Below, piece after piece: positions 51,144 through 61,752 of a DNA stretch of 64,000 nt. Source of the DNA: Nitrosomonadales bacterium (GTDB taxonomy: Bacteria > Pseudomonadota > Gammaproteobacteria > Burkholderiales > SG8-39); assembly GCA_036676355.1 (NCBI GenBank), contig JAKFDA010000078.1:199-64198 (forward strand). Reading direction: 5' to 3'. The number at the start of each line of letters is the position of its first letter. Positions within the stretch are counted from its first letter, which is position 1. The notes beneath the pieces are model-generated. The model had not been told where the DNA came from and searched no databases. It was given only the letters and a program-made list of their open reading frames with translations. The position numbers and the translations under genes were made by a program.

Positions 51144-51902
51144 ATGCGCATCGCACTGCTTGAAGACGACTCCGCTCAACGCGATCTGGTGAAACTGTGG
51201 CTCGACGGCGCAGGACACGTCTGCCACGCGTACGGCCGATCGAAGGATTTCATGCGCATCCTCACGCGCGACACGTTCGATCTGCTGCTCATCGACTGGG
51301 AACTGCCCGACATCAACGGCGATGTCGTGCTCGAATGGGTGCGTCGCAACGTGCACGAATACGTCCCGGTGATGTTCGCCACCGCGCGCAGCGATGAAGA
51401 AGATATCTGCGCCATTCTGCGTGCGGGCGCCGACGACTACCTGGCCAAACCGCTGCGCAAGAACGAATTGCTCGCGCGCATCGAAGCGCTCGGCCGACGC
51501 GGCAAACAGCCGATCGCCAACGGCGAGCCCTTGTGTGTCGGCGATTTCGAGATCGACTTCGAATGCCGTGTCCTGCGTCGCGGCGGCACGCCCGTGTTGC
51601 TGACGCAAAAGGATTTCGACCTTGCCGTATTCCTGTTTCGCAACGTCGGAAATCTGCTCTCGCGCGGCCACATTCTGGAAACCGTCTGGGGTCGCAATCC
51701 CGATCTCAACACGCGCACGGTCGACACGCATATCAGCCGCCTGCGTTCCAAGCTCGGCCTGGTGCCGGAGAACGGTTGGCGCCTGTGCGCCGTCTATCAG
51801 CAAGGCTATCGACTCGAACCGGTCGCCGAACGCGACGCATCCGTCCTCGCACGCCGCGGCAACAAGGCGCCCGAACCGATCGTCTACGCAACGCCACAGT
51901 GA
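51144..51902 (+). CDS. OmpR-family response regulator
   Basis: IALLEDD, IDWELPD, GADDYLAKP, TRTVDTHISRLR; GAGGAGG RBS. Confidence 0.93.
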   Translation: MRIALLEDDSAQRDLVKLWLDGAGHVCHAYGRSKDFMRILTRDTFDLLLIDWELPDINGDVVLEWVRRNVHEYVPVMFATARSDEEDICAILRAGADDYLAKPLRKNELLARIEALGRRGKQPIANGEPLCVGDFEIDFECRVLRRGGTPVLLTQKDFDLAVFLFRNVGNLLSRGHILETVWGRNPDLNTRTVDTHISRLRSKLGLVPENGWRLCAVYQQGYRLEPVAERDASVLARRGNKAPEPIVYATPQ

Positions 51903-51923
51903 GGCAGTCGATCACGAGTTGAG

Positions 51924-51964
51924 CGTCAATGAAAAACCGCGCAACGCGCGGTTTTTCATTGACG
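51924..51964. terminator. bidirectional intrinsic terminator
   Basis: 18-bp perfect stem CGTCAATGAAAAACCGCG/CGCGGTTTTTCATTGACG with 5-nt loop. Confidence 0.8.
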
Positions 51965-51998
51965 GCAGGCGCGGCAGTCCATCGCCCATGAACGAACT

Positions 51999-52029
51999 AC
52001 AGACATCCGCCCGCGTGGCGGATGTCTGT
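51999..52029. repeat. second perfect hairpin (13 bp)
   Basis: ACAGACATCCGCC-cgcgt-GGCGGATGTCTGT. Confidence 0.65.
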
Positions 52030-52477
52030 TTATGCATAATCGTCATGCGCGCACACACCTCGTGCCGGTCAGGCGTTCCCGGCGCCGGCCGATTTCGTCG
52101 CAGCGAGAATCGCCGTGTTTGTCGCATTGACGCTGTCTGCAGTGATCGGGGGTGCAATGCTGGGAATGCACGGAACAGCGATGGGAGTAATGCGAATGCA
52201 ACGCCATCGCGCGACGCATTCGCTGAGAATGACTCCCTCATTCCGGCGAAAACGGGAGAAAGCCATTCGCCTCCTTGATTTACAGGATGTCGCCCCCATC
52301 TCGTGAGGAGTCGACAAATGGCCGTATATGTTGTCTTATGTTGATCAGGTCTGTCGTGCCGACAATCTGAGCAAGCGATTTTCGACCGCCCGCGATTGCC
52401 CCGCGCCTTATCGAGACCGCGGGGTCTTTCATTTTTACCGACCGCAACGCCGGATCGGGTTGATACAGGAGAAAATC

Positions 52478-52606
52478 ATGGCCAAAGGACAGATGCGCGG
52501 AAATCGGGAAATCAAAAAGCCGAAGCAGAAGAAGGAGCCAGCGCCGGCTCCTGCCGGATTCGCCAGGGGCATGACGCCGCCGACCGGAAACCCGAAGAAG
52601 AAGTGA
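52478..52606 (+). CDS. small basic protein (42 aa)
   Basis: AGGAGA RBS; MAKGQMRGNREIKKPKQKK...; Lys/Pro-rich. Confidence 0.7.
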   Translation: MAKGQMRGNREIKKPKQKKEPAPAPAGFARGMTPPTGNPKKK

Positions 52607-52974
52607 TCGAACAAGCGTGGCTGTCCGCGCTTTAGCAACGACGGCCGCGCTGCAGCGCCCATCCTGAGCGCTCCCAACATCGCAATCCGCAGTGCTGGTC
52701 GCGATGTACTACCGACCTTTTCACTTGCCGGCGCGCGGATGCGGCGCACTGCGCGATCCTGGTCTTCACAGGCGGCCGATGACGCCGCACATTTCCATTT
52801 GCGCCTGACCTGACTGCCCCGACAGTTGACAAGGCGCAAGCTCGCTTCGACGCGCGCCGGAGCTCCATCTGAACGGTATGCCGTGGCATCTCCCTGCAAT
52901 GAGATCCGCGCTATCTTCAATCGGGTTTGTCCGCTTCGGCGCCTGTCGCAAGCCCCCTGACCGCAAAGGCGCTC

Positions 52975-55900
52975 ATGCACTCGATCCTTCGTTACGCATT
53001 CGGACATCGCTTCACATCGCCGCCCTGGAATGACCGAAGGCCGGTGAGAGAAGAATTGTTCGGCGTCGAACGGCTCGAGCAACACGCGGAAAGCCTCGCC
53101 GCCGCGCAGACGGTCGCGGCAAAACCGCCGGCCGTCCTCCCGTTACACGCCCGGCTCGACGAGAACGCCGCTGTGTTGCTCGCCGCCTATCGCGCGAGCG
53201 CCGCCGAGCTGGAGCGCGGCCGCAGTGTGGTTCCCGCCGCGGAATGGCTGCTCGACAACTATCACATCGTCGAAGAGCAGATCCGCGAGATCCGGGATGA
53301 TCTGCCCCCCGGCTATTACCGCCAGTTGCCGAAACTGGCCGAGGGATCGTTCGCCGGGTATCCGCGCGTATTCGGCCTGGCCTGGGCCTTCGTCGCCCAC
53401 ACCGACAGCAACTTCGATCCCGACATATTGCGTCGCTTCATTGCCGCTTATCAGCGGGTCCAGCCGCTCACGATCGGCGAACTGTGGGCGGTTGCGATTA
53501 CGCTGCGCATCGTTCTCATCGAGAACCTGCGCCGCCTCGCCGACCAGATGACGGCCGGGCGAGCCGCGCGCGCAGATGCCGATACGCTGGCCAACCGGCT
53601 GCTCGCACCCGGGGGTGCCCGCGCTGCGCTCGAGTCGGACATCTCCACTCGTTCGACCGTGCCCTTGTCCGAACCCTTCGCCGCACAACTTGCCAAGCGC
53701 CTGAGAGACCGTGATCCGAGAACGACGCCGGCGCTCGGCTGGCTGGAGGAGCGGCTCTTGTCGCAAGGCACCTCGGTCGATGAAGTAGTGCAGCACGCGC
53801 AACAACGACAGGGTGCTTCCAACGTCAGCGTGCGCAATGTCATTACCAGCATGCGGCTGATTTCCGATATCGACTGGGCGGAACTGGTTGAGAGTGTCAG
53901 CCTCGTCGATGAACGGCTGCGCGCGGAGAGTGCTTTTGCCGCGATGGACTTCACCACACGCAATCTGTATCGCAGCGCGATCGAATTGCTGGCCCGCGGT
54001 TCGTCATACGCGGAACTCGAAGTTGCCGATCAGGCGCTGCAGGCCGCCCGGCTCGCCGCGGCAGACACGGCCACTGCGGTGGACGCTGAGCGTGTCGGCG
54101 ATCCCGGCTATCACCTGATCGGCGAAGGCCGCCGCGCGTTCGAGCAAACGATCGAATTCCGGCCGCCGCCCCGCCTACGCATCAGCCGCTTCAACATTCG
54201 TCTCGGCATAGGCGGCTACATCGGCGCGATCCTGTTCGTCACAACCGGGCTGCTGGCCTTCGCGCTATCCGTACTCGCCACCCCGGGCATTGACGCCGGC
54301 TGGCTTGCGCTATTCGCGCTGATCGCATTCCTTCCGGCGACCGAAGCGGCAACCGCACTGGTCAATCGTGGAGTCACGCGCAGTTACGGCGCGATGACTT
54401 TGCCGGGCCTCGAGCTCAAGACAGGCGTTCCGTCGTCGCTACGCACCCTCATTGCCGTGCCGACGTTGCTGATCAGCGAAGCCGAGGTGCTGGAGCAAAT
54501 CGAACAACTGGAAGTCCACCATCTCGCCGGCACCGGCGGCGACCTCACTTTTGCTTTGTTGTCGGACGGCATCGATGCGGATGAAGAGGTCCTGCCGGGC
54601 GATGCGCAGCTGCTCGCCGTCGCGACCGAGGCGATCGCGGAACTCAACCGACGCTACGAGCCGGGACCCGGCGGCGATCGCTTCCTTTTGCTGCATCGAC
54701 ACCGCGTCTTCAATGCAGGCGAAAACATATGGATGGGATGGGAACGCAAAAGGGGCAAGCTGCATGAACTCAACCGTCTGTTGCGCGGCGCCACCGATAC
54801 CACGTTCATGCCCGTCGCCGGATGCGCCCCGCAAGTGCCGGCCGATGTACGCTTTGTCATTACGCTCGATGCCGACACGCGACTGCCGAGAGACGCCGCG
54901 GTCCGACTGATCGGCAAGATGGCTCATCCGCTGAACCGACCCAAATTCAGCGAGACCGAGCAACGCGTGATCGACGGCTACGCCATTCTTCAGCCGCGCG
55001 TCACGCCTTCGCTGCCGGTCGGCCGCGAAGGGTCGTTCTATCAAAGACTCTATTCCGGCCCCGGCGGCATGGATCCCTATGCGTCGGCCGTTTCCGATGT
55101 GTATCAGGATCTGTTCGGCGAAGGTTCCTACACCGGCAAAGGCATTTACGACGTCGACGCCTTCGAGGCGGCACTTCGCGGCCGCGTACCGGAAAACGCC
55201 TTGCTCAGCCACGATCTGTTCGAAGGCGTTTTCGCCCGCGCCGGTCTGGCTTCCGACATCGAGGTGGTCGAGGAATTTCCGTCTCGCTACGACGTTTCCG
55301 CCAAACGCAAGCATCGCTGGACGCGCGGGGACTGGCAGCTGCTTCCCTGGATACTCGGACACCGCAGCGGCAACCGGGCAGTGCCGTCGATCGGTCGCGG
55401 CAAGATGCTGGACAACCTGCGTCGATCGCTGCTCACGCCGTTCACCCTGCTGGCGTTCGGACTGTGCTGGCTGCTTCCGCAGCCTGCAAGCATGGAAGGC
55501 ACGCTGCTCGTCCTCGCCGCCTTCGCGATTCCGCCTTTCCTTCCGGTCGTTTTTTCAATCCTGCCGCATCGTCCCGGCGTTCGTCTCGGCAACCATCTTC
55601 GCGCACTCGCGACCGATCTGCGCCTCGCGATCGTGCAGACTTTCTTCTCGCTCGCCTTCCTGCCCGATCGAGCCCGGCGCATGGTGGATGCGATCGTCAG
55701 AACGCTGGTGCGGCTATGCGTGACGCGTCGTCATATGCTCGAGTGGACAACTGCTGCGCAGGCGAAGGAAAGTCCGCAGCTGAATATGCGCGGCTTCTAT
55801 CTGAAGATGGCGGGCGGCACGTCGCTCGGCCTCATCATGGCGGCGGCCGCGGTCGCATTCGCGCCGTCGTCCTGGCCGTTGGTGCTGCCCTTTGCGCTGC

Positions 55901-58900
55901 TCTGGCTGATCGCACCGGCACTGGCCTCATGGGCCAGCCGGTCGCCGACGGCCGTGCGGTTCGCCATCGCCGACTCGGATGCGCAGGACTTGCGCCTCAT
56001 CGGGCGACGCACCTGGCGCTTCTTCGAAACCTTCGTGACGCCGTCGAGCAACATGCTGCCGCCGGACAATTTCCAGGAGACTCCGAAGCCGATCGTCGCG
56101 CAACGGACATCGCCGACCAATATCGGTCTCTATCTGCTCTCGACCGTCGCCGCGCGCGACTTCGGCTGGACCGGCACAACAGAGACGGTCGAGCGACTGG
56201 AAGCGACCTTCGATGCAATGCAAAAGCTGCCGCAGCTCAAAGGCCATTTCTTCAACTGGTACGGAACGCAGGATCTGCAGGCCTTGGCGCCGGCATATGT
56301 TTCATCCGTCGACAGCGGCAATCTGGCCGGCCATCTCATTGCGCTCGCCAACGCCTGCGACGAATGGGCGGACGACTCGCACGTATCGGTACCGAATGCC
56401 CGGCCCGGCATGGCCGACAATCTTCGTCTGGCGCGCGAGACGCTCAACGCCCTGCCTGCCGCGCAAAGCGAACGAGGGCTGCAGCTTGCCGCGCTTTTCG
56501 AAGAGATCGACGCGCAGTTGAATGGCGTGCAAGCGATCGAGACGATCTCTCCGACGTTGAAACGGCTGACCGAAAAGGCCACCAGGACAGCGCTCGAGAT
56601 CATCCCCGCAGTCGAAGGCGACGACATTCCCGATCTGGTTTTCTGGATCGAGGCGCTGCGCACGGCGGTGATCGAACACGCCCGCGATCGGCTGCACACT
56701 GCCGATGCGCCGCACGTGCTGCAAGACAGACTGAGAACGCTCGCCGCAACGGCGCGCGAAATGGCTTTGGCGATGGATTTCGCGTTTCTGCTCGATACTG
56801 AGCGGAAACTGTTGTCGATCGGCTACTCGCTTGCCGACAATCGGCTCGATCCCAGTTGCTACGATCTGCTCGCTTCGGAAGCGCGGCTCGCCAGCCTGTT
56901 CGCGATCGCCAAGGGCGACGTTACGACACAACACTGGTTTCGCCTCGGCCGGACAGCAACGCCTGTCGGCAGCGGGTCGGCGCTGATCTCCTGGTCCGGC
57001 TCGATGTTCGAATATCTGATGCCGTCGCTGGTGATGCGCGCGCCGGTCGGCAGTGTGCTCGAACAGACCAATCGACTGATCGTGCAGCACCAGCAATCTT
57101 ACGGGCGATCGTTGGGCACGCCGTGGGGCGTTTCGGAATCCGCCTATAACGCCCGCGACATGGAGTTCACCTACCAGTATTCCAACTTCGGCGTTCCCGG
57201 TCTCGGCCTGAAGCGCGGCCTCGCCGAAAACGTGGTGATCGCGCCCTATGCGACCGGTCTTGCCGGCATGGTGGACCCGCAAGGCGCACTGCAAAACTAC
57301 GCTCGCCTTGCCGAGATGGGGGGAAGCGGCCGTTTCGGCTTCTATGAAGCCCTCGATTTCACTCGTTCGCGACTTCGCGATGACGAGGATGTCGCGATCG
57401 TGCGCAGTTTCATGGCCCATCACCAGGGCATGACCATCGTCGCCATCGACAATACGTTGCACGAGGGTCGGATGCGCGCCCGCTTCCATCGTGAACCGAT
57501 GATCCAGGCGAGCGAACTGCTGCTGCAGGAGCGCATGCCGCGCAACGTCGCCATTGCCCATCCGCGCGCCGAAGAGGTGAAGACGGCCGCGAGCGAAGCC
57601 GGCACCGAACCGTCGGCGATGCGTCGACTCACCGCCTCGACAGCCGGCGCGCCCGTCACGCACCTGCTCTGCAACGGGCGCTACGCAGTGATGCTGACCG
57701 CGGCCGGCGCGGGCTACAGCCGCTGGCGCGATATGGCGGTCACCCGATGGCGCGAAGACGCGACCCGCGACGACTGGGGCTCCTTCATTTTTCTGCGCGA
57801 TACGTTCAGCGGCGCCGTGTGGTCCGCCGGCACGCAGCCGATCGCCAACGATGCGGCACAACGCGAAGTGATCTTCGCCGAAGATCGCGCCGAATTCATC
57901 CGATACGAAGGCACGCTCACGACCACCATGGACGTTCTGGTGTCGGGCGAGGCCGACGGCGAGGTCCGTCGCATCTCGCTGACCAACAGCGGACGCCGCG
58001 CACGCGAAATCGAACTCACCTCCTATGCCGAAGTGGTTCTCACCACGCCGGCGGCCGACAATGCGCACCCGGCTTTCGCCAAGATGTTCGTGGAAACCGA
58101 ATATCTCGCCGAATTCGGCGCACTCATTGCGACACGCCGACCGCGCTCGCGCGACGAACCGCCCATCTGGGCCGCACATTTCGCCGTGGTGGAAGGCGAG
58201 ATCGTCGCCGACCCGCAATACGAATCCGATCGCGCGCGTTTCATCGGCCGAGGTCGTACCGTCGGTACGGCGGCCGCCATGCTGGACAACCATGCGCTGT
58301 CGAACACGGCGGGGACGGTGCTCGATCCGATCTTTTCGCTCAGACAGCGCGTGCGGATTCCGTCGGGTCAGATCGCACGGATCGCGTTCTGGACCATGGT
58401 CGCGTCGTCGCGAGAAGAACTGCTCGATCTGGTCGACAAGCATCACGATCGCAGCGCGTTCGATCGTGCCAAGACGCTGGCCTGGACGCAGGCCCAGGTT
58501 CAACTTCGCCATCTCGGTATCGAAGCGGAGGAAGCGGCCAATTTCCAGCGCCTGGCCGCGCCGATCCTGTATGCCGATGCGCGCTTCAGGGCGTCCTCCG
58601 ACGCCATCAGCCGCGGCGCCGGCGCGCAATCGGGCCTGTGGCCGCATGCGATTTCCGGCGATCTGCCGATCGTCATGCTGCGTATCGACGATATCGAGGA
58701 CATCGCCCAGGCCCGCCAACTACTGCGCGCGCACGAATACTGGCGCATGAAGCGCCTTGGCGTGGATCTCGTGATCGTCAACGAACGCGCATCCTCCTAC
58801 GTGCAGGATTTGCAGAACGCCATCGACACCGCCGTGCGCATCAGCCAGTCGCGACCGCGTTTCGGCGCGGAATTCGCGCAAGGCTCGGTCTATGCGCTGC

Positions 58901-61497
58901 GCGCCGATCTCATGAGCATCGAGGCACGCGCCCTGATTCAATCAGTGGCCCGTGTCGCGCTGATTGCCCGCCGCGGACCCATTGTCAGCCAACTCGCTCA
59001 TCTGCCATCGCTACCCGCCCGGCCGCTGCCTGCGCCCTGGCCGAAATCGACGCGCGCGGCCCCGCAGCCGTCATCGACGGCGTTACCGGAGCTCGAGTTC
59101 TTCAACGGCCTGGGCGGTTTCGATAAAAACGGCAGCGAATACGTCACCATCCTCGAAGCGGGCGATATGACGCCCGCGCCATGGATCAACGTGATCGCCA
59201 ATGCGGATTTCGGCTTCCAGACATCGGCGCAAGGAAGCGGTTACACCTGGGCCGGGAACAGTCGCGAGAATCAGCTCACGCCCTGGTCGAACGATCCGGT
59301 CGTCGACCCGGCGGGCGAGGCGATCTACATTCGCGACGAAGAAAGCGGCGATTTATGGAGCCCGACGGCGCAGCCGATCCGCCACAACGGCACCTACATC
59401 GCTCGCCACGGTTACGGTTACAGTCGCTTCGAACACCAGGCAAACGGCATCGCGCTCGAATTGCTGCAATACGTACCGCTGGCCGATCCGATCAAGATTT
59501 CACGCCTGACCTTGCGCAACCTTTCGGCAGCGCCCCGCCGGCTTTCGGTCACGGCCTATGCCGAGTGGGTGCTCGGCACATCTCGCGGTGCTGCGGCTCC
59601 GTTCATCGCGACAGAAATCGATGACACCACCGGCGCGATGCTGGCCCGCAACCCCTGGAGCATTGCGTTCCCCGGGCGAGTCGCCTTTGCCGATCTCGGC
59701 GGACGGCAAACAGCGTGGACCGCCGACCGCACCGAGTTCATCGGCCGCAACGGCAGTTCTGCGGCACCCGCGGCGCTAATCGAAAAGACACCGCTGTCCG
59801 GCGCGACCGGCGCCGGCTTGGATCCCTGCGCAGCCTTGCAATGCATGGTGGAGCTCGGCGCGGGCGAGATGATCGAAATCGTATCGTTCATCGGCCAGTG
59901 CGAATCGCTTGAAGAGGTGCAGAGGCTGATTGCGCGTTATCGCGAAATCGATCTCGACGCCGTGCTCGATGAGGTCACGGATCACTGGCAGACATTGCTC
60001 GCGACGATTCAGGTGAAGACACCCGACCGCGCGATGGACATCATGCTGAACGGCCGGCTGCTCTATCAGACACTCGCCTGTCGCATCTGGGCGCGCTCGG
60101 CTTTTTATCAGGCCAGCGGTGCCTACGGCTTCCGCGATCAATTGCAGGACGGTATGGCGCTGACCTTCGCCCGACCGGACCTCACGCGACATCATCTGCT
60201 GCGCGCCGCTTCGCGACAGTTCGTCGAAGGCGATGTGCAGCACTGGTGGTTGCCGCACTCCGGACAGGGTGTACGAACACGCATATCGGACGATCGCGTC
60301 TGGCTCGCGTTCGCCGTCGCGACCTACATTACATGCTCGAACGACAGCGCGATTCTGGATGAACTCGTGCCGTTTCTCGAAGGTCCGATGCTGCTTCCCG
60401 GCGAGCACGATGCGTTCTTCCAACCGATGATCGCGGACGAATCGGCTTCGCTTTACGAGCACTGTGCGCGCGGACTCGATCAGTGCATCGAGCTCACCGG
60501 GACGCTCGGCTTGCCGCTCATCGGCACAGGCGACTGGAACGACGGCATGAACCGGGTCGGCGAAGGCGGCCAAGGCGAAAGCGTCTGGCTCGGCTGGTTG
60601 CTGGTGCGAACCATCGAACGCTTCGCGCCGCTCGCCGAAGGCCGTCGCGACGCCGAGCGTGTGCTCCGCTGGCGCAACCATGCGAACTCGGTGCGCGAAG
60701 CGATCGAACGCGAGGGCTGGGATGGCGAGTGGTATCGCCGTGCCACGTTCGATGACGGCACCTGGCTCGGCTCGAAGCAGAGCGGCGAATGCCGCATCGA
60801 TTCGATTGCGCAGTCCTGGGCCGTGTTGTCGGGCGCCGCCGATTCAGCACGAGCCGCGGTGGCGATGGCGTCGCTGGAAAAACACCTTATCCGTCGTGAC
60901 GACGGTCTCGCCCTGCTGTTCTCGCCGCCGTTCGACCGGACACCGCTCGACCCGGGTTACATCAAGGGTTATCCGCCGGGTCTGCGCGAAAACGGCGGGC
61001 AATACAGCCACGCCGCAATGTGGGCCATCCTCGCGTTTGCGCAATTGGGTGCCGGCGACAAGGCCGGCGAGTTGTTCGCACTGCTCAACCCGATCAACCA
61101 TGCGCGCAGCGCCGAGGAAGTCGAACGCTACAAGGTCGAGCCGTACGTTGTCGCAGCCGATGTCTATTCGGTCGCGCCGCATGCCGGGCGCGGCGGGTGG
61201 ACCTGGTACACGGGCGCCGCGGGATGGATGTATCGCGCCGGCATCGAAGGCATTCTGGGCATCCGTCGCGAAGGCGCTGCGCTGATCATCGATCCCTGTA
61301 TTCCTGCCGCATGGCCGGGATTCGAAGCGACGCTGAATGTGCAAGGCACGCGCTACGATATTCGCGTGGACAACCCATCGCGTCGTTGTCGCGACGTCTC
61401 GCGCGCCGAACTCGATGGCGCACACATCGACTGCGCCGCAGGCCACGTCCGCGTCCCGCTGGATGGCGGCACGCACAATCTGCTGATGTCTATCTAG
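52975..61497 (+). CDS. ndvB: cyclic beta-1,2-glucan synthase (NdvB/ChvB/Cgs family)
   Basis: About 2840 aa; EWLLDNY, WMGWERKRGKL, TLDADT, LLSHDLFEG, RWTRGDWQ; TM block; WSGSMFEYLMP; C-terminal GH94-like GFRDQLQD, GDWNDGMN, RENGGQYSH; start 52927 or 52975. Confidence 0.93.
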   Translation: MHSILRYAFGHRFTSPPWNDRRPVREELFGVERLEQHAESLAAAQTVAAKPPAVLPLHARLDENAAVLLAAYRASAAELERGRSVVPAAEWLLDNYHIVEEQIREIRDDLPPGYYRQLPKLAEGSFAGYPRVFGLAWAFVAHTDSNFDPDILRRFIAAYQRVQPLTIGELWAVAITLRIVLIENLRRLADQMTAGRAARADADTLANRLLAPGGARAALESDISTRSTVPLSEPFAAQLAKRLRDRDPRTTPALGWLEERLLSQGTSVDEVVQHAQQRQGASNVSVRNVITSMRLISDIDWAELVESVSLVDERLRAESAFAAMDFTTRNLYRSAIELLARGSSYAELEVADQALQAARLAAADTATAVDAERVGDPGYHLIGEGRRAFEQTIEFRPPPRLRISRFNIRLGIGGYIGAILFVTTGLLAFALSVLATPGIDAGWLALFALIAFLPATEAATALVNRGVTRSYGAMTLPGLELKTGVPSSLRTLIAVPTLLISEAEVLEQIEQLEVHHLAGTGGDLTFALLSDGIDADEEVLPGDAQLLAVATEAIAELNRRYEPGPGGDRFLLLHRHRVFNAGENIWMGWERKRGKLHELNRLLRGATDTTFMPVAGCAPQVPADVRFVITLDADTRLPRDAAVRLIGKMAHPLNRPKFSETEQRVIDGYAILQPRVTPSLPVGREGSFYQRLYSGPGGMDPYASAVSDVYQDLFGEGSYTGKGIYDVDAFEAALRGRVPENALLSHDLFEGVFARAGLASDIEVVEEFPSRYDVSAKRKHRWTRGDWQLLPWILGHRSGNRAVPSIGRGKMLDNLRRSLLTPFTLLAFGLCWLLPQPASMEGTLLVLAAFAIPPFLPVVFSILPHRPGVRLGNHLRALATDLRLAIVQTFFSLAFLPDRARRMVDAIVRTLVRLCVTRRHMLEWTTAAQAKESPQLNMRGFYLKMAGGTSLGLIMAAAAVAFAPSSWPLVLPFALLWLIAPALASWASRSPTAVRFAIADSDAQDLRLIGRRTWRFFETFVTPSSNMLPPDNFQETPKPIVAQRTSPTNIGLYLLSTVAARDFGWTGTTETVERLEATFDAMQKLPQLKGHFFNWYGTQDLQALAPAYVSSVDSGNLAGHLIALANACDEWADDSHVSVPNARPGMADNLRLARETLNALPAAQSERGLQLAALFEEIDAQLNGVQAIETISPTLKRLTEKATRTALEIIPAVEGDDIPDLVFWIEALRTAVIEHARDRLHTADAPHVLQDRLRTLAATAREMALAMDFAFLLDTERKLLSIGYSLADNRLDPSCYDLLASEARLASLFAIAKGDVTTQHWFRLGRTATPVGSGSALISWSGSMFEYLMPSLVMRAPVGSVLEQTNRLIVQHQQSYGRSLGTPWGVSESAYNARDMEFTYQYSNFGVPGLGLKRGLAENVVIAPYATGLAGMVDPQGALQNYARLAEMGGSGRFGFYEALDFTRSRLRDDEDVAIVRSFMAHHQGMTIVAIDNTLHEGRMRARFHREPMIQASELLLQERMPRNVAIAHPRAEEVKTAASEAGTEPSAMRRLTASTAGAPVTHLLCNGRYAVMLTAAGAGYSRWRDMAVTRWREDATRDDWGSFIFLRDTFSGAVWSAGTQPIANDAAQREVIFAEDRAEFIRYEGTLTTTMDVLVSGEADGEVRRISLTNSGRRAREIELTSYAEVVLTTPAADNAHPAFAKMFVETEYLAEFGALIATRRPRSRDEPPIWAAHFAVVEGEIVADPQYESDRARFIGRGRTVGTAAAMLDNHALSNTAGTVLDPIFSLRQRVRIPSGQIARIAFWTMVASSREELLDLVDKHHDRSAFDRAKTLAWTQAQVQLRHLGIEAEEAANFQRLAAPILYADARFRASSDAISRGAGAQSGLWPHAISGDLPIVMLRIDDIEDIAQARQLLRAHEYWRMKRLGVDLVIVNERASSYVQDLQNAIDTAVRISQSRPRFGAEFAQGSVYALRADLMSIEARALIQSVARVALIARRGPIVSQLAHLPSLPARPLPAPWPKSTRAAPQPSSTALPELEFFNGLGGFDKNGSEYVTILEAGDMTPAPWINVIANADFGFQTSAQGSGYTWAGNSRENQLTPWSNDPVVDPAGEAIYIRDEESGDLWSPTAQPIRHNGTYIARHGYGYSRFEHQANGIALELLQYVPLADPIKISRLTLRNLSAAPRRLSVTAYAEWVLGTSRGAAAPFIATEIDDTTGAMLARNPWSIAFPGRVAFADLGGRQTAWTADRTEFIGRNGSSAAPAALIEKTPLSGATGAGLDPCAALQCMVELGAGEMIEIVSFIGQCESLEEVQRLIARYREIDLDAVLDEVTDHWQTLLATIQVKTPDRAMDIMLNGRLLYQTLACRIWARSAFYQASGAYGFRDQLQDGMALTFARPDLTRHHLLRAASRQFVEGDVQHWWLPHSGQGVRTRISDDRVWLAFAVATYITCSNDSAILDELVPFLEGPMLLPGEHDAFFQPMIADESASLYEHCARGLDQCIELTGTLGLPLIGTGDWNDGMNRVGEGGQGESVWLGWLLVRTIERFAPLAEGRRDAERVLRWRNHANSVREAIEREGWDGEWYRRATFDDGTWLGSKQSGECRIDSIAQSWAVLSGAADSARAAVAMASLEKHLIRRDDGLALLFSPPFDRTPLDPGYIKGYPPGLRENGGQYSHAAMWAILAFAQLGAGDKAGELFALLNPINHARSAEEVERYKVEPYVVAADVYSVAPHAGRGGWTWYTGAAGWMYRAGIEGILGIRREGAALIIDPCIPAAWPGFEATLNVQGTRYDIRVDNPSRRCRDVSRAELDGAHIDCAAGHVRVPLDGGTHNLLMSI

Positions 61498-61556
61498 AAA
61501 CGCTTGGCGCAACGGTGATGCAAGCATACTCATGCAACGCCGTCGTCAAACGTGTT

Positions 61557-61643
61557 TGGTGCCGGGAGCGAGAATCGAACTCGCACGACCTTGCGGCCGC
61601 GGGATTTTGAGTCCCGTGCGTCTACCAGTTCCGCCATCCCGGC
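61557..61643 (-). tRNA. tRNA-Leu(CAA)
   Basis: GCCGGGA acceptor stem, anticodon loop CT-CAA-AA, long variable arm, GTTCGATTC, encoded CCA; 87 nt. Confidence 0.96.
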
Positions 61644-61752
61644 TTGGGGATTTACTGCTTGCGGCGTAGCATCGCGGCAGTCCGGGATCCGGACCACCGT
61701 TCCAACACCTAGCAACGCCGCGCTCCTGTGAAGGAGGCGGCATTATCCAAGA

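Noticed and set aside
52115-52306. 63-aa hydrophobic ORF
   Set aside because: GTG/TTG-type start without a clear RBS and no recognisable motif
52884-52899. TGGCATCTCCCTGCA as a sigma54 promoter for the glucan synthase
   Set aside because: GG-GC spacing is one base short of the strict -24/-12 requirement
53143-61533. Long antisense or alternative-frame ORFs (e.g. 56302-58719, 54822-56801; likewise 46555-48129 upstream extension and 62665-63981)
   Set aside because: Shadow ORFs expected in high-GC coding DNA overlapping well-supported genes
51965-61556. Integrative island at tRNA-Leu
   Set aside because: No integrase and no duplicated tRNA 3' end seen in the window
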